A DNA stretch of 59,760 bases, counting the filler. It is 3 parts of 3 records of this genome, joined end to end, with 100 filler letters (N's around TTAATTAATTAA, not from the genome) between each part and the next. Parts side by side here need not be neighbours in the genome. Positions count along the whole stretch, not along the records: positions 43,834 to 59,760 come from DRR378314_1990; 2 more parts are not named here. One strand, 5' to 3'. The position numbers and the translations under genes were made by a program. Positions 51,138 to 59,760 of the stretch are shown here, one piece after another (positions within the stretch are counted from its first letter, which is position 1; each line of letters opens with the position of its first letter). The notes beneath the pieces were generated by a model. It had not been told where the DNA came from. It did no database searches and saw only the letters and a list, made by a program, of their open reading frames with translations.

Positions 51138-52396
51138 CGCTGGTGCTATTTGGGCTGTTCTTCCTGTTTATGCTGCTGGGCGTGCCGATTGCCTTTGCGA
51201 TTGGGGCAAGCACGCTTTATGCGCTTTACCAGTCGGGCGTGCCACTGATGGTGGTCACCCAGCAGATGTTCCAGGGCATTAACTCGTTTGCTCTGGTCGC
51301 GATCCCGATGTTTATTCTGGCCGGTGACTTAATGGCCCAGGGTAAGGTCAGCGAGCGGCTGGTGAGCTTTGCCGATTCGTTAGTCGGCTTTATGCGCGGC
51401 GGGCTTTCGGTGGTGTCGGTAATGGCAGGCATGTTCTTCGCGGCAATCTCCGGCTCTGGTGCGGCCACCACCGCGGCGGTGGGTTCAAGCCTGGTGCCAG
51501 AACTCAAGCGCAAAGGTTACGACCCTGCCTCAGCGGCCAGCTTAATTGCTGCCAGCGGCACGATTGGCGTGGTGATTCCTCCTTCGGTGCCGATGATTAT
51601 CTACGCGGTGATTGCTCAGCAGTCGGTATCCAAGCTGTTTTTGAACGGCTTTTTGCCGGGTCTGGCAATGGGGCTGGGGCTGATGGCCATTGCCATCACT
51701 CAAGCCTATAAGCGTCAGTACCCCAAAGGTACACCGCTGTCGCTACCTACTATTTGGCGCACGCTGAAAGCGGCTAGCTGGGGGCTGATGACGCCGATCA
51801 TTATTTTGGGCGGTATCTTCTCGGGCATTTTCACGCCTTCAGAAGCGGCGGTGGTCGCAGTCAACTACGCGCTGCTGGTATCGCTGTTTGTGTACCGGGA
51901 TTTAACCCTGCCCCAGGTGTATAAGCTGCTGATTCGCTCGGCGATGACCACCGCAGTGATTATGCTGGTGATAGCCATGTCGGCAGTACTTAGCTGGACG
52001 CTTTCAAGCTGGCAGGTACCCGGCGCGATTGCCCAGGCAGTGCTGTCGCTTTCCACCAACCCCTACGTGATTATGCTGCTGGTGGTGGGTGTGATTCTGC
52101 TCACGGGGGTGTTTATCGAGACCGCTAGCGCTTTGATTATTCTTACCCCGGTGCTGCTGCCGCTGGTACTGCAATTGGGCATCGACCCGATCCACTTTGG
52201 TTTGATTATTGTGGTGGGGCTGTCGATAGGCATGATTACCCCGCCAGTGGCAATCAATCTTTATGTGGCTTCGTCAGTAACTCAACTACCGCTGGAGCGC
52301 ATCACCCGGGCGATTATCCCGTATCTTCTAGGCTTGATTGGGGTGTTGCTATTGGTGGTTTATGTACCGATCCTGCTAGGCTGGTCAGGTAGTTAA
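51134..52396 (+). CDS. dctM: TRAP large permease
   Basis: LVAIPMFILAG, FAAISGS, IPPS.PMIIY, GIFTPSEA, GIDPIHFG, GMITPPV. Confidence 0.95.
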   Translation: MTLVLFGLFFLFMLLGVPIAFAIGASTLYALYQSGVPLMVVTQQMFQGINSFALVAIPMFILAGDLMAQGKVSERLVSFADSLVGFMRGGLSVVSVMAGMFFAAISGSGAATTAAVGSSLVPELKRKGYDPASAASLIAASGTIGVVIPPSVPMIIYAVIAQQSVSKLFLNGFLPGLAMGLGLMAIAITQAYKRQYPKGTPLSLPTIWRTLKAASWGLMTPIIILGGIFSGIFTPSEAAVVAVNYALLVSLFVYRDLTLPQVYKLLIRSAMTTAVIMLVIAMSAVLSWTLSSWQVPGAIAQAVLSLSTNPYVIMLLVVGVILLTGVFIETASALIILTPVLLPLVLQLGIDPIHFGLIIVVGLSIGMITPPVAINLYVASSVTQLPLERITRAIIPYLLGLIGVLLLVVYVPILLGWSGS

Positions 52397-52411
52397 ATGA
52401 GCGTTTGCCCT

Positions 52412-52457
52412 TTTTAAAGAGAGCCCTTTTAAAGAGAGCCTTTTTGGCTCTCTTTTT
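52412..52457 (+). terminator. Terminator after dctM (likely bidirectional) with a duplicated left arm
   Basis: Hairpin AAAGAGAGCC-TTTTT-GGCTCTCTTT then TT. TTTTAAAGAGAGCC occurs twice (52412-52425 and 52427-52440). Confidence 0.8.
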
Positions 52458-52510
52458 AAAAGTCGCGCTGATCTAACTTCAGTGCACTCATCGTGAATTC
52501 TACAAGAAAT

Positions 52511-53563
52511 TCACACCGAATTTTCGCCAGCTTGGCACGACTTTCGAAACTGTCCTGGCGTTACTTCAAAGAGCTGAAAAAAACAGCTGCGAAAATGAGG
52601 GATACTCACAAAACCAGTAGCAACTGCCACTTCAGCAACGGGCTTATTAGTTTGCTGAAGAAGCTGACGCGCACGCGTTAATCGAAGCTCCATATAATAT
52701 CGAGAAGGGCTAGCATTAACGTAATTACCAAACATACGTTCTAACTGGCGTCTCGAAATATTGACCCAATTTGCTATTTCAGATATGGATAAAGGCTCCT
52801 CAATATTATTTTTCATCAATTGCAGCGATATTTTCAATTTTTCTGGCAGCGTAAGGTTTTGATCAACACCTATCGTTGAAATATCTGGAGAGTCTAAGCC
52901 CTTATCACAGCTAAGCATCTCTTCAACTGCACTAACCACCTCATTGCCGCAGTCAGTTCTTACTACTTCAAGCATCATGCTCAATGAGCTGCTCGCCCCG
53001 GCACAGCTGATACGATTACGATCCACAATAAAGCTACGGCTAGATACCGACACATCCCAGAACTGCTCTGCCATCATCGCGCGGCCATCAGGGTGATAAG
53101 CACACTGGTAGCCGTTCAATAACCCCGCTTCTGCAAGGAAGTAGGCGCCGTTCCATAACCCACCTAATATCATATCTTTGGTGTCAGCATGTCTCAGCTT
53201 ATTGCGCAAGAGAGGGGTTGTTTTAGGAAGTACACGCAAACCGCCGCATACAATCAACACATCAATGTTGAGGCTTGTCGCATCGAACTTGTCTAACGAA
53301 TAATCCGCGGCCACTTCAATACCTAAATCAGAAACAGCTGCCGATGCCTCGCTACCCACCACCAATACTTCATACATCGTAGTAGACTTCATTAAATTCG
53401 TGGTAACGAGTGCATCCACAGCGCCAGTGAAAGCCATCATTGAAAAATTCTCTAGCAGTATAAAAGCTACTCTTTTCTTTATTTTAGTATTTTCTAAATA
53501 GCCGACTGAAGAAATATAAGGCATGTTTTTATTTTTCAATATGCTTGAGAATTTATCCTTCAT
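52511..53563 (-). CDS. GlxA/ArgR/GbdR-type AraC regulator with DJ-1/PfpI-like N-terminal domain
   Basis: VAFILLENFSMMAF, GAYFLAEAGLL, double HTH NISRRQLERMF...LRLTRARQLL...VAVATGF. Confidence 0.9.
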   Translation of the reverse strand: MKDKFSSILKNKNMPYISSVGYLENTKIKKRVAFILLENFSMMAFTGAVDALVTTNLMKSTTMYEVLVVGSEASAAVSDLGIEVAADYSLDKFDATSLNIDVLIVCGGLRVLPKTTPLLRNKLRHADTKDMILGGLWNGAYFLAEAGLLNGYQCAYHPDGRAMMAEQFWDVSVSSRSFIVDRNRISCAGASSSLSMMLEVVRTDCGNEVVSAVEEMLSCDKGLDSPDISTIGVDQNLTLPEKLKISLQLMKNNIEEPLSISEIANWVNISRRQLERMFGNYVNASPSRYYMELRLTRARQLLQQTNKPVAEVAVATGFVSIPHFRSCFFQLFEVTPGQFRKSCQAGENSV

Positions 53564-53832
53564 GATGAACCTCAATTTTTTGAGCCATTGTTATTTTACG
53601 CAAAAACCGCACCGTGGAAAAATAAATCAAAGAAATCAGTATGATTCCCCCAATGCTACAAGGCTTCAAACTTAACTATGTAAAACCTGCCCAGCCTTGG
53701 GTCAAGTTGAACAATCTACACAAACTTAATCGCTTTACTTCGTCAGATAACAACCATATACCCATCGCCACGTTATTTTTAAAAGCTTATCAAATGTCGC
53801 TATTTACGTTGAAACCTTGGCAGACGCAGCTC

Positions 53833-53862
53833 GCTGAGCTGAGCTGAGCTGAGCTGAGCTGA
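53833..53862. repeat. Pentanucleotide tandem repeat (GCTGA)6
   Basis: Six exact copies read directly from the sequence. Confidence 0.95.
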
Positions 53863-53886
53863 ATTGCATTGAAACAAACGGACATG

Positions 53887-53918
53887 AAAAAGGGGCTTGC
53901 CATGTGGCAGCCCCTTTT
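53887..53918 (-). terminator. Intrinsic terminator of MCP 53989-55779 (bidirectional)
   Basis: AAAAAGGGGCTTGCCA-TG-TGGCAGCCCCTTTT hairpin with A/T tracts on both sides. Confidence 0.8.
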
Positions 53919-53988
53919 CTACTTCACCTGTTTGCCGCTGGCTTTTTAACAACGTGTGTTTTCAGCCAGCAGGCGCATAGCGTTAGGC

Positions 53989-55779
53989 TTAAAACTCTTC
54001 CCAGTCGTCTTCGCCAGCGTTAACGGGTGCTGGCTTAGAGGAGAGCGTCGGGCGCTTGAGCGTCTGTTGCGCACTTGGTGTGCCAGAAGGCAGAGACTGA
54101 CGCGGTTGGTTTAACGCTGGCCGTGTCGATGAGGCTTGTGGCTCATCGTCGCCAAGCACGAAGGTGTTGATCAGCTCATTTAGGTGTTCGGCATGACGGC
54201 GCATGTTGGCCGCTGCCGTGGTGGATTCCTGCACCATGGCCGCGTTTTGCTGGGTCATGGTATCCATTTCCGCGACGGCGGTGTTGATCTGACCAATACC
54301 ACTACTTTGCTCCTTGGCACCCGCCGTAATCTCACCGATCACATCGGTCACCTTAGAGACACTTTCCACAATGTCATGCATTGTCGTGCCCGCCTTACGT
54401 ACTAGCTCAGCACCGGTGTGAGTGTGCTTAACAGAGCTATCAATCAGCGTACGAATCTCTTTTGAGGCATTGCTAGAGCGGCTAGCCAGTGTGCGCACTT
54501 CTTGTGCAACAACCGCAAAACCGCGGCCATGCTCCCCCGCTCGCGCGGCTTCAACGGAGGCGTTAAGCGCCAGAATGTTGGTTTGGAAAGCGATGGCGTC
54601 AATCATGGTGATGATTTCGCTGATACGCGTCGCTGAGTCGTTGATATCGTGCATCGTCCGCTCGACCTGTCCCATGGCTTCTTCACCATGTTGGGCTACT
54701 TCAGCAGTGGACTGCACCAGCTGATTGGCCTGCTGGGCATTATCTGCACTGTGATTCACGGTCGAGGTAATTTCTTCCATGGATGCCGACGTTTCCTGCA
54801 GGTTGGCTGCAGCCTGCTCGGTACGGGTGGCCAGTTCCTCAGAGCTATGGGAAATTTCCCCCGCCGAATGATAAACACTCATGGTACTACGGCGCACATC
54901 ACGCAGGGTTTCCTGCATGCGCTCGACAAAGGCATTGAACTGAACCGCTAGGTTACCCACTTCATCGTTGCTTTCTACCGCTAGGCGGCGGGTAAGGTCG
55001 CCACGACCTTGGGCAATATCGTGCATAGCGCTGGCGGTGCGTTTAATCGGCCCGACGGTACGACGCACAAAGCCGAATGCGAGCAGCGCCACTGCTAGAA
55101 ATAAGGCAGCACCCAACAAAATAGCGAACAGGATAGACTGGCGTAGATCCGCGTTAGCGGTCGCCGCCAGTTCTGCAACAACCGCATCAACATCGGTGAC
55201 GTAAACCCCGGCACCAATCATCCAGCCCCATTTTTCCAGGCTATCGACGTAGGAGTGTTTCGGCTCAATTTCACGAGTGCTTGGGTATTCCCATAAGTAG
55301 CTATGAAAACCACCACCGTTCTTGGCAACCTGAAGAATATCGCGAATAAGGTAATTTCCGTCTGGGGTTCTTACGTCCATCATGTTGGTACCTTCACGCT
55401 CTGGCGCAGGGGCCGTCACGATGTTGTTACCATCGAAGTCGTAGATAAAAACGTAGTTATTATCTTCAAAACGCATGGCGCGCACGATCTCGGCTACCTG
55501 CTGTTTGGCTTCCTCATCATTGGCACCTGCTTGCTCATAAATAGGAGAAATAGCGGTCGTCGCCATTTGCACAATGTCGCGTACTGCATTGCGGCGCTCT
55601 TCAATCAGCACCTCACGCTGATTCGCCAGCGTCTCATGGGTGTTTTGAATGCGTCCGTAGGCGTCAAACGCGACTAACCCTGCGGTCACTATGAAAAGCG
55701 GCAGTAGGACAAGCATCAGCACCTTAGCCTGTAAGCTAAGGTTTCGTTTTGGCGAGGTCGAGGCAGGAGGAGTAGCCAT
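53989..55779 (-). CDS. Methyl-accepting chemotaxis protein with single-Cache-type sensor and C-terminal CheR-docking-type pentapeptide
   Basis: [13 protein letters not shown]...GGGF..Y.W..P....PK..Y....[11 protein letters not shown], then HAMP and the MA tip motif. The C-terminus is DWEEF. Confidence 0.95.
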   Translation of the reverse strand: MATPPASTSPKRNLSLQAKVLMLVLLPLFIVTAGLVAFDAYGRIQNTHETLANQREVLIEERRNAVRDIVQMATTAISPIYEQAGANDEEAKQQVAEIVRAMRFEDNNYVFIYDFDGNNIVTAPAPEREGTNMMDVRTPDGNYLIRDILQVAKNGGGFHSYLWEYPSTREIEPKHSYVDSLEKWGWMIGAGVYVTDVDAVVAELAATANADLRQSILFAILLGAALFLAVALLAFGFVRRTVGPIKRTASAMHDIAQGRGDLTRRLAVESNDEVGNLAVQFNAFVERMQETLRDVRRSTMSVYHSAGEISHSSEELATRTEQAAANLQETSASMEEITSTVNHSADNAQQANQLVQSTAEVAQHGEEAMGQVERTMHDINDSATRISEIITMIDAIAFQTNILALNASVEAARAGEHGRGFAVVAQEVRTLASRSSNASKEIRTLIDSSVKHTHTGAELVRKAGTTMHDIVESVSKVTDVIGEITAGAKEQSSGIGQINTAVAEMDTMTQQNAAMVQESTTAAANMRRHAEHLNELINTFVLGDDEPQASSTRPALNQPRQSLPSGTPSAQQTLKRPTLSSKPAPVNAGEDDWEEF

Positions 55780-55832
55780 AAAGTGTTTCTCAGTAGGTCA
55801 TCGGAAGAATTTTTAATAGTTTTATGCGTTTT

Positions 55833-55859
55833 TTATCGACCTAACCTGTGTCAACTTTA
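55833..55859 (-). promoter_or_regulatory. Sigma-28 (FliA) promoter of MCP 53989-55779
   Basis: The minus strand reads TAAA-gttgacacaggttag (15 nt)-GTCGATAA, one mismatch from consensus. Confidence 0.85.
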
Positions 55860-56015
55860 ACCACTTCGCGTACTTTTTGTTTATGAACAGCAAATTAACG
55901 CTCAAAACTGCGCTTTCATAACCTGCGTTAAGGTTATCTTCGGCCTATCCGTTCACTGTAGGGGTGTGGTGGCCAAGGATGGCCCGTTTTAGCAAGCCGC
56001 TAGCCACCTCTTTTT

Positions 56016-56053
56016 GACTGCTCTGCCCCATTTTTGGGGCAGGGCAGTTTTTT
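56016..56053 (+). terminator. Plus-strand intrinsic terminator with no annotated plus-strand gene upstream
   Basis: GACTGCTCTGCCCCA-TTTT-TGGGGCAGGGCAGTT followed by a T-run on the plus strand only. Confidence 0.7.
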
Positions 56054-56138
56054 ATTATGGGCGAGATGTCACCATCAACTGCTTCCAGCTTCCGCCTCTC
56101 AACACGGGCTGGTAAGCATGGAACCGCCTTCCCCAACG

Positions 56139-57194
56139 TCATAAGAAATCAGGAATTTCAATAACACTACCGCATTGATGGGGGCTATAGCCCGGTAAAC
56201 GGTGCACCGCTTCTTGAAAGGAAGCACTGCGTAACACCCGCAAGAAGTCATCGAACTTTGGCTCCTTTAAGGAGTGATAGTGACAGGCCAATACGTAGTC
56301 CTCAGTGGCTAGCGGCACAAAATCAAGCCCAAACCGTTGCGCGGCAGCCGCTACACCAAAGCCGGTATCCGCCATTCCCGCTGCTACATAGGCCGCCACT
56401 GCTGAGTGGGTATACTCCTCAATTTCGTAACCATCCACGTTGGTTGCTGAAATACCAGCTTCGGCCAGCAGGTTGTCTAACAGCTCCCGGGTACCCGACG
56501 ATGCCTGACGGTTTATAAACCGTACCGGCCTGTTGGCTAAAGCGGCAATGCCATCAATTCTCAGTGGGTTACCCGGCGCCACCATCAACCCCTGTTGACG
56601 TGCGATAAATCCCATTAGTCGATGATTGCGGGGCTTGAGCAGACGACGGTATTTGCGTCGCGCCTTCTCACCCACGTTACCCCGGGGCAGGTGGCAGCCC
56701 GCCAGATCACAGCTATTGCGGTTAAGCGCGGCTAGCGCTTCTAAAGGGCTGCAGTACTGCAGATCAAGCTGGATCTCACCCAGATGTTGTGGCAATAGCT
56801 CTATCGCAAAACCGTGGCTGGCATGCAGGCGCAGAACGGGCTGAATCCCCTCCTGATGCTGCTGAATGGCAAGGTTAAGCTCAGATCCCAGGCTATCAAG
56901 CTGAGGGCTTAACCGAGCAGTGGCTCGCTGCTCGGCCCATAGCAACTTTTCTCCCAGCGGCGATAACCGCGCCCCGCGCCCACGCTCAAGTTCAACAAGC
57001 GAGACACCAAAAAACTCCCCGCCCTGGCGCAGTAAATTCCACGCGTGACGATAAGAAATTCCCGCTTCCTCGGCGGCAAGAGTCAACTTGCCATGACGAT
57101 GCACTGCCCCCAGCAGGCGCAAAAGGTTGGTATCGAGCCGATGCCCATCGTCATCGCTAAAGCACCAGGTGGGCGTTACCTTGATTCTTTTCAT
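56139..57194 (-). CDS. fdsR: FdsR-like regulator (ModE/LysR-type wHTH + periplasmic-binding-fold domain)
   Basis: GKLTLAAEEAGISYRHAW, LRLHASHG, FINRQ..SGTR, EYTHSAVAA. It is divergent from fdsG. Confidence 0.85.
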   Translation of the reverse strand: MKRIKVTPTWCFSDDDGHRLDTNLLRLLGAVHRHGKLTLAAEEAGISYRHAWNLLRQGGEFFGVSLVELERGRGARLSPLGEKLLWAEQRATARLSPQLDSLGSELNLAIQQHQEGIQPVLRLHASHGFAIELLPQHLGEIQLDLQYCSPLEALAALNRNSCDLAGCHLPRGNVGEKARRKYRRLLKPRNHRLMGFIARQQGLMVAPGNPLRIDGIAALANRPVRFINRQASSGTRELLDNLLAEAGISATNVDGYEIEEYTHSAVAAYVAAGMADTGFGVAAAAQRFGLDFVPLATEDYVLACHYHSLKEPKFDDFLRVLRSASFQEAVHRLPGYSPHQCGSVIEIPDFL

Positions 57195-57289
57195 AGGCAC
57201 TACTTTTCATATTTTTAAGTCGATAACTTGATGCTAGCTTTGTCCTAACCGTGATGCACGCCTTTTTAAATATGAAAAGTAGTGCATAT
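57193..57289. promoter_or_regulatory. Two FdsR-type operators (ATANG-N10-CNTAT)
   Basis: ATAGG-cactactttt-CATAT at 57193-57212 and ATATG-aaaagtagtg-CATAT at 57270-57289. Both match the dyad I recall for Ralstonia/Cupriavidus FdsR. Confidence 0.8.
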
Positions 57290-57323
57290 TTAAAACATAA
57301 TAAGCAGTCGCGAGGCAGGCACC

Positions 57324-57818
57324 ATGAACCATTCCCAGGAGTGGGCGCCACAGGCTATTCAGGCCGAAGTCGACGCCCTGAAGCACAAGCCCGGCGCCCT
57401 ACTGCCGATCCTCCATGCCCTCCAAGATCGTTTCGGGTTTATCCCCGAGGCAGCAGTCCCCATCATCGCTGAAGCGCTCAATCAAACCCGCGCCGAAGTA
57501 CACGGTGTCATCAGCTTCTATCACCATTTTCGCACCGCGCCGCCAGGCCGCCACGTGGTTCAGATCTGCCGCGCCGAGGCCTGCCAAGCGGTGGGCGCAC
57601 GCCAGCTCGAAGCCCATGCTAAGACGCGCCTAGGGGTCGATTACCATCAGACTACCAGCGACCGTGAGATCACCCTTGAGGCGGTGTACTGCCTGGGCAA
57701 CTGCGCCTGCGGCCCGTCCATTCGTGTGGACGACAGCGTGCGCGGGCGGATAACCCCAGAGGTCTTTGATGCACTGTTGGATGAGCTGCAAACCCGGCCG
57801 CTGGAGATAATGGCATGA
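57324..57818 (+). CDS. fdsG: NAD-dependent formate dehydrogenase gamma subunit (NuoE-like)
   Basis: GALLPILHALQ, AEVHGVISFYHHFR, CRAEAC, CLGNCACGP. Confidence 0.93.
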   Translation: MNHSQEWAPQAIQAEVDALKHKPGALLPILHALQDRFGFIPEAAVPIIAEALNQTRAEVHGVISFYHHFRTAPPGRHVVQICRAEACQAVGARQLEAHAKTRLGVDYHQTTSDREITLEAVYCLGNCACGPSIRVDDSVRGRITPEVFDALLDELQTRPLEIMA

Positions 57819-59371
57819 GCATCCGCATATTCGTTCCTCGCGATACCACCGCACTGTCCCTGGGCGCTGATGCCGTCGCCAACCGATTGGAAAAAGAGCT
57901 AGCCGCCCGCGGCCAGTCAATTTCCCTGGTGCGTAATGGCTCCCGCGGACTTGCTTGGCTTGAGCCGCTGGTGGAAGTTGAGACGCCTATTGGGCGGTTC
58001 GCCTATGGTCCCGTCACCGTCAACGACGTCGCGGCGCTGCTCGACAGCGGCCTGTTAGAGGGTAACGTCAGCCATCCCCTGGCGCTGGGGCCCACGGAGG
58101 AGATTGACTACCTCGCCCGTCAGCAGCGCCTGACCTTCGCGCGTATCGGTATTACTGACCCGCTGTCGATTGAGGATTATCGCGCCCACAGCGGTTTTTG
58201 CGGCCTGGAAGCAGCGCTGCAGCGCGAGCCCCAGGACATCGTCGAGGAAGTCAAAGCCTCCGGACTGCGCGGGCGCGGCGGGGCCGCCTTCCCGACCGGT
58301 ATCAAGTGGCAGACCGTGCTCGACACCCCCGCCGATCAGAAATATATCGTCTGCAATGCCGACGAGGGCGATTCCGGTACCTTCGCCGACCGGCTGGTAA
58401 TGGAGTGTGACCCTTACATGCTGATCGAGGGCATGGCGATTGCCGGGCTCGCGGTGGAGGCGACCCAGGGCTATATCTACCTGCGTTCTGAATATCCGCT
58501 CGCCAAGGAGATTCTTGACGAGGCGATTGCCCGCGCCGAACAAGCCGGTTATCTCGGTGATAACCTGCTGGGCTGCGGCCGCGACTTTCACCTGGAAGTA
58601 CGCCTGGGCGCTGGCGCGTATATCTGCGGCGAAGAGACCTCTCTGCTCGAAAGCCTAGAGGGCAAGCGCGGCTTGGTGCGCTTCAAGCCACCACTGCCCG
58701 CCATTGAAGGGCTATTTGGCCGCCCCACCGTGGTCAACAACGTGCTCTCGCTGGCTGCCGTACCCTTCATTCTTGCCGAAGGCGCCGAGGCCTACGCCAC
58801 CCATGGCATGGGGCGCTCACGAGGCACGCTGGCACTGCAACTGGCGGGCAACGTGAAGCACGGCGGGCTGGTAGAGCTGGCGTTTGGCACCACCCTGCGC
58901 ACCCTGATGGAGACGTTCGGTGGTGGCACGCTAAGCGGCAAACCACTACGCGCCGTGCAGGTGGGCGGCCCGCTAGGCGCTTACCTGCCGGAATCTCAGT
59001 GGGACTTGCCGCTGGACTACGAAGCCTTTGCTGCTGACAGCGCCGTACTGGGCCACGGTGGCGTAGTGATGTTTGACGAAAGCGTCGACATGGCTGAACA
59101 GGCGCGCTTCTCGATGGAGTTCTGCAAGGTGGAATCCTGCGGCAAGTGCACACCTTGTCGTATTGGCTCGACCCGTGGCGTGGAAGTAATTGACCGTATC
59201 CGCGCCAACCAAAACCGCGAGGCCAACCTCGCCCTGCTCCATGACCTCTGCGAAACGATGGTGGATGGCTCGCTCTGTGCCATGGGTGGTATGACGCCCT
59301 TTCCAGTACAAAGCGCCCTCGCGCATTTTCCTGATGATTTTCAGCGGACGGCGAACGGAGATAACTCATGA
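57815..59371 (+). CDS. fdsB: Formate dehydrogenase beta subunit (NuoF-like, FMN/NADH-binding)
   Basis: SGLRGRGGAAFPTG, CNADEGD, GAGAYICGEET, ESCGKCTPCR, SLCAMG. Confidence 0.95.
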   Translation: MSIRIFVPRDTTALSLGADAVANRLEKELAARGQSISLVRNGSRGLAWLEPLVEVETPIGRFAYGPVTVNDVAALLDSGLLEGNVSHPLALGPTEEIDYLARQQRLTFARIGITDPLSIEDYRAHSGFCGLEAALQREPQDIVEEVKASGLRGRGGAAFPTGIKWQTVLDTPADQKYIVCNADEGDSGTFADRLVMECDPYMLIEGMAIAGLAVEATQGYIYLRSEYPLAKEILDEAIARAEQAGYLGDNLLGCGRDFHLEVRLGAGAYICGEETSLLESLEGKRGLVRFKPPLPAIEGLFGRPTVVNNVLSLAAVPFILAEGAEAYATHGMGRSRGTLALQLAGNVKHGGLVELAFGTTLRTLMETFGGGTLSGKPLRAVQVGGPLGAYLPESQWDLPLDYEAFAADSAVLGHGGVVMFDESVDMAEQARFSMEFCKVESCGKCTPCRIGSTRGVEVIDRIRANQNREANLALLHDLCETMVDGSLCAMGGMTPFPVQSALAHFPDDFQRTANGDNS

Positions 59372-59760
59372 TCAACCATTTCGACCCCCGTCAGCACTCT
59401 AGCAACGCTGAGGTCACCAAAGACCTCGGTACGCCTTTCCCTGCCTTGGCTGCTGACACGGCCACGGTGAGCCTCAATATCGACGGCGTGACCATCAGCG
59501 TGCCGGAGGGCACCTCGGTACTCCGCGCCGCCGCGTTGGCGGATATTAATATCCCCAAGCTCTGCGCTACTGACAGCCTGGAGCCTTTCGGCTCCTGCCG
59601 GCTGTGCGCGGTACAAGTAGAGGGACGACGAGGCATGCCCGCGGCCTGCACCACACCGGTGGCTGAAGGTATGAAGGTGACCACCCAGAACGAACGTCTG
59701 GCCAAGCTGCGGCGTAATGTGATGGAGCTATACATCTCGGACCACCCGCTGGACTGCCTG
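59368..59760 (+). CDS. fdsA: Formate dehydrogenase alpha subunit, N-terminal part (runs off the window)
   Basis: The ATG overlaps the fdsB stop (ATGA). It translates to ...VPEGTSVLRAA..IPKLCATDSLEPFGSCRLC.V...AACTT...ELYISDHPLDCL. Confidence 0.93.
   Translation, partial: MINHFDPRQHSSNAEVTKDLGTPFPALAADTATVSLNIDGVTISVPEGTSVLRAAALADINIPKLCATDSLEPFGSCRLCAVQVEGRRGMPAACTTPVAEGMKVTTQNERLAKLRRNVMELYISDHPLDCL

Noticed and set aside
53833..53862. CRISPR array or iterons
   Set aside because: It is a simple 5-bp tandem repeat with no spacers and no cas or rep genes. I saw no spacer-separated repeats anywhere in the window.
28171..59760. A joint CO/formate-oxidation molybdoenzyme island (cox + fds)
   Set aside because: The two clusters are on different contigs from apparently different organisms.
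59368..59760. Selenocysteine recoding in formate dehydrogenase
   Set aside because: There is no in-frame TGA in the visible part, and the active-site region lies outside the window.

Overview
The window is not one locus. It is three unrelated contigs joined by two identical 100-bp artificial spacers (44 N + TTAATTAATTAA + 44 N, at 28071-28170 and 43734-43833). Contig 1 (1-28070) is from an intron-rich, gene-dense eukaryote, probably a protist. I spliced its genes by hand using GT-AG introns and the standard code: an RCC1-repeat protein, a membrane-anchored SDR, AMPK/SNF1 beta, uroporphyrinogen decarboxylase, an atypical PKA-regulatory-subunit-like protein, NADP-malic enzyme ending in a PTS1-like ARL, and a truncated retinoblastoma-family gene. 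Contig 2 (28171-43733) is GC-rich and Rhodobacteraceae/Roseobacter-like. It holds cox accessory genes with a partial coxS, a coupled operon of three paralogous GT2-type glycosyltransferases plus a sulfotransferase, pyrC-pyrE and dnaB. Contig 3 (43834-59760) is Halomonas-like. It holds TAXI and DctPQM TRAP transporters, LysR, a sulfurtransferase, two MCPs with sigma-28 promoters, tRNA-Arg(CCG), a GlxA-type AraC regulator and fdsR-fdsGBA. I see no CRISPR array, transposase, integrase or defence system. The best leads are the PKA-R with degenerate cAMP pockets, the glycosyltransferase/sulfotransferase operon, an orphan plus-strand terminator suggesting an sRNA, the possibly peroxisomal malic enzyme, C-at-+4 splice donors, and a short Roseobacter intergenic repeat. 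Taxonomy and functions are inferred from motif recognition only; no searches were run.
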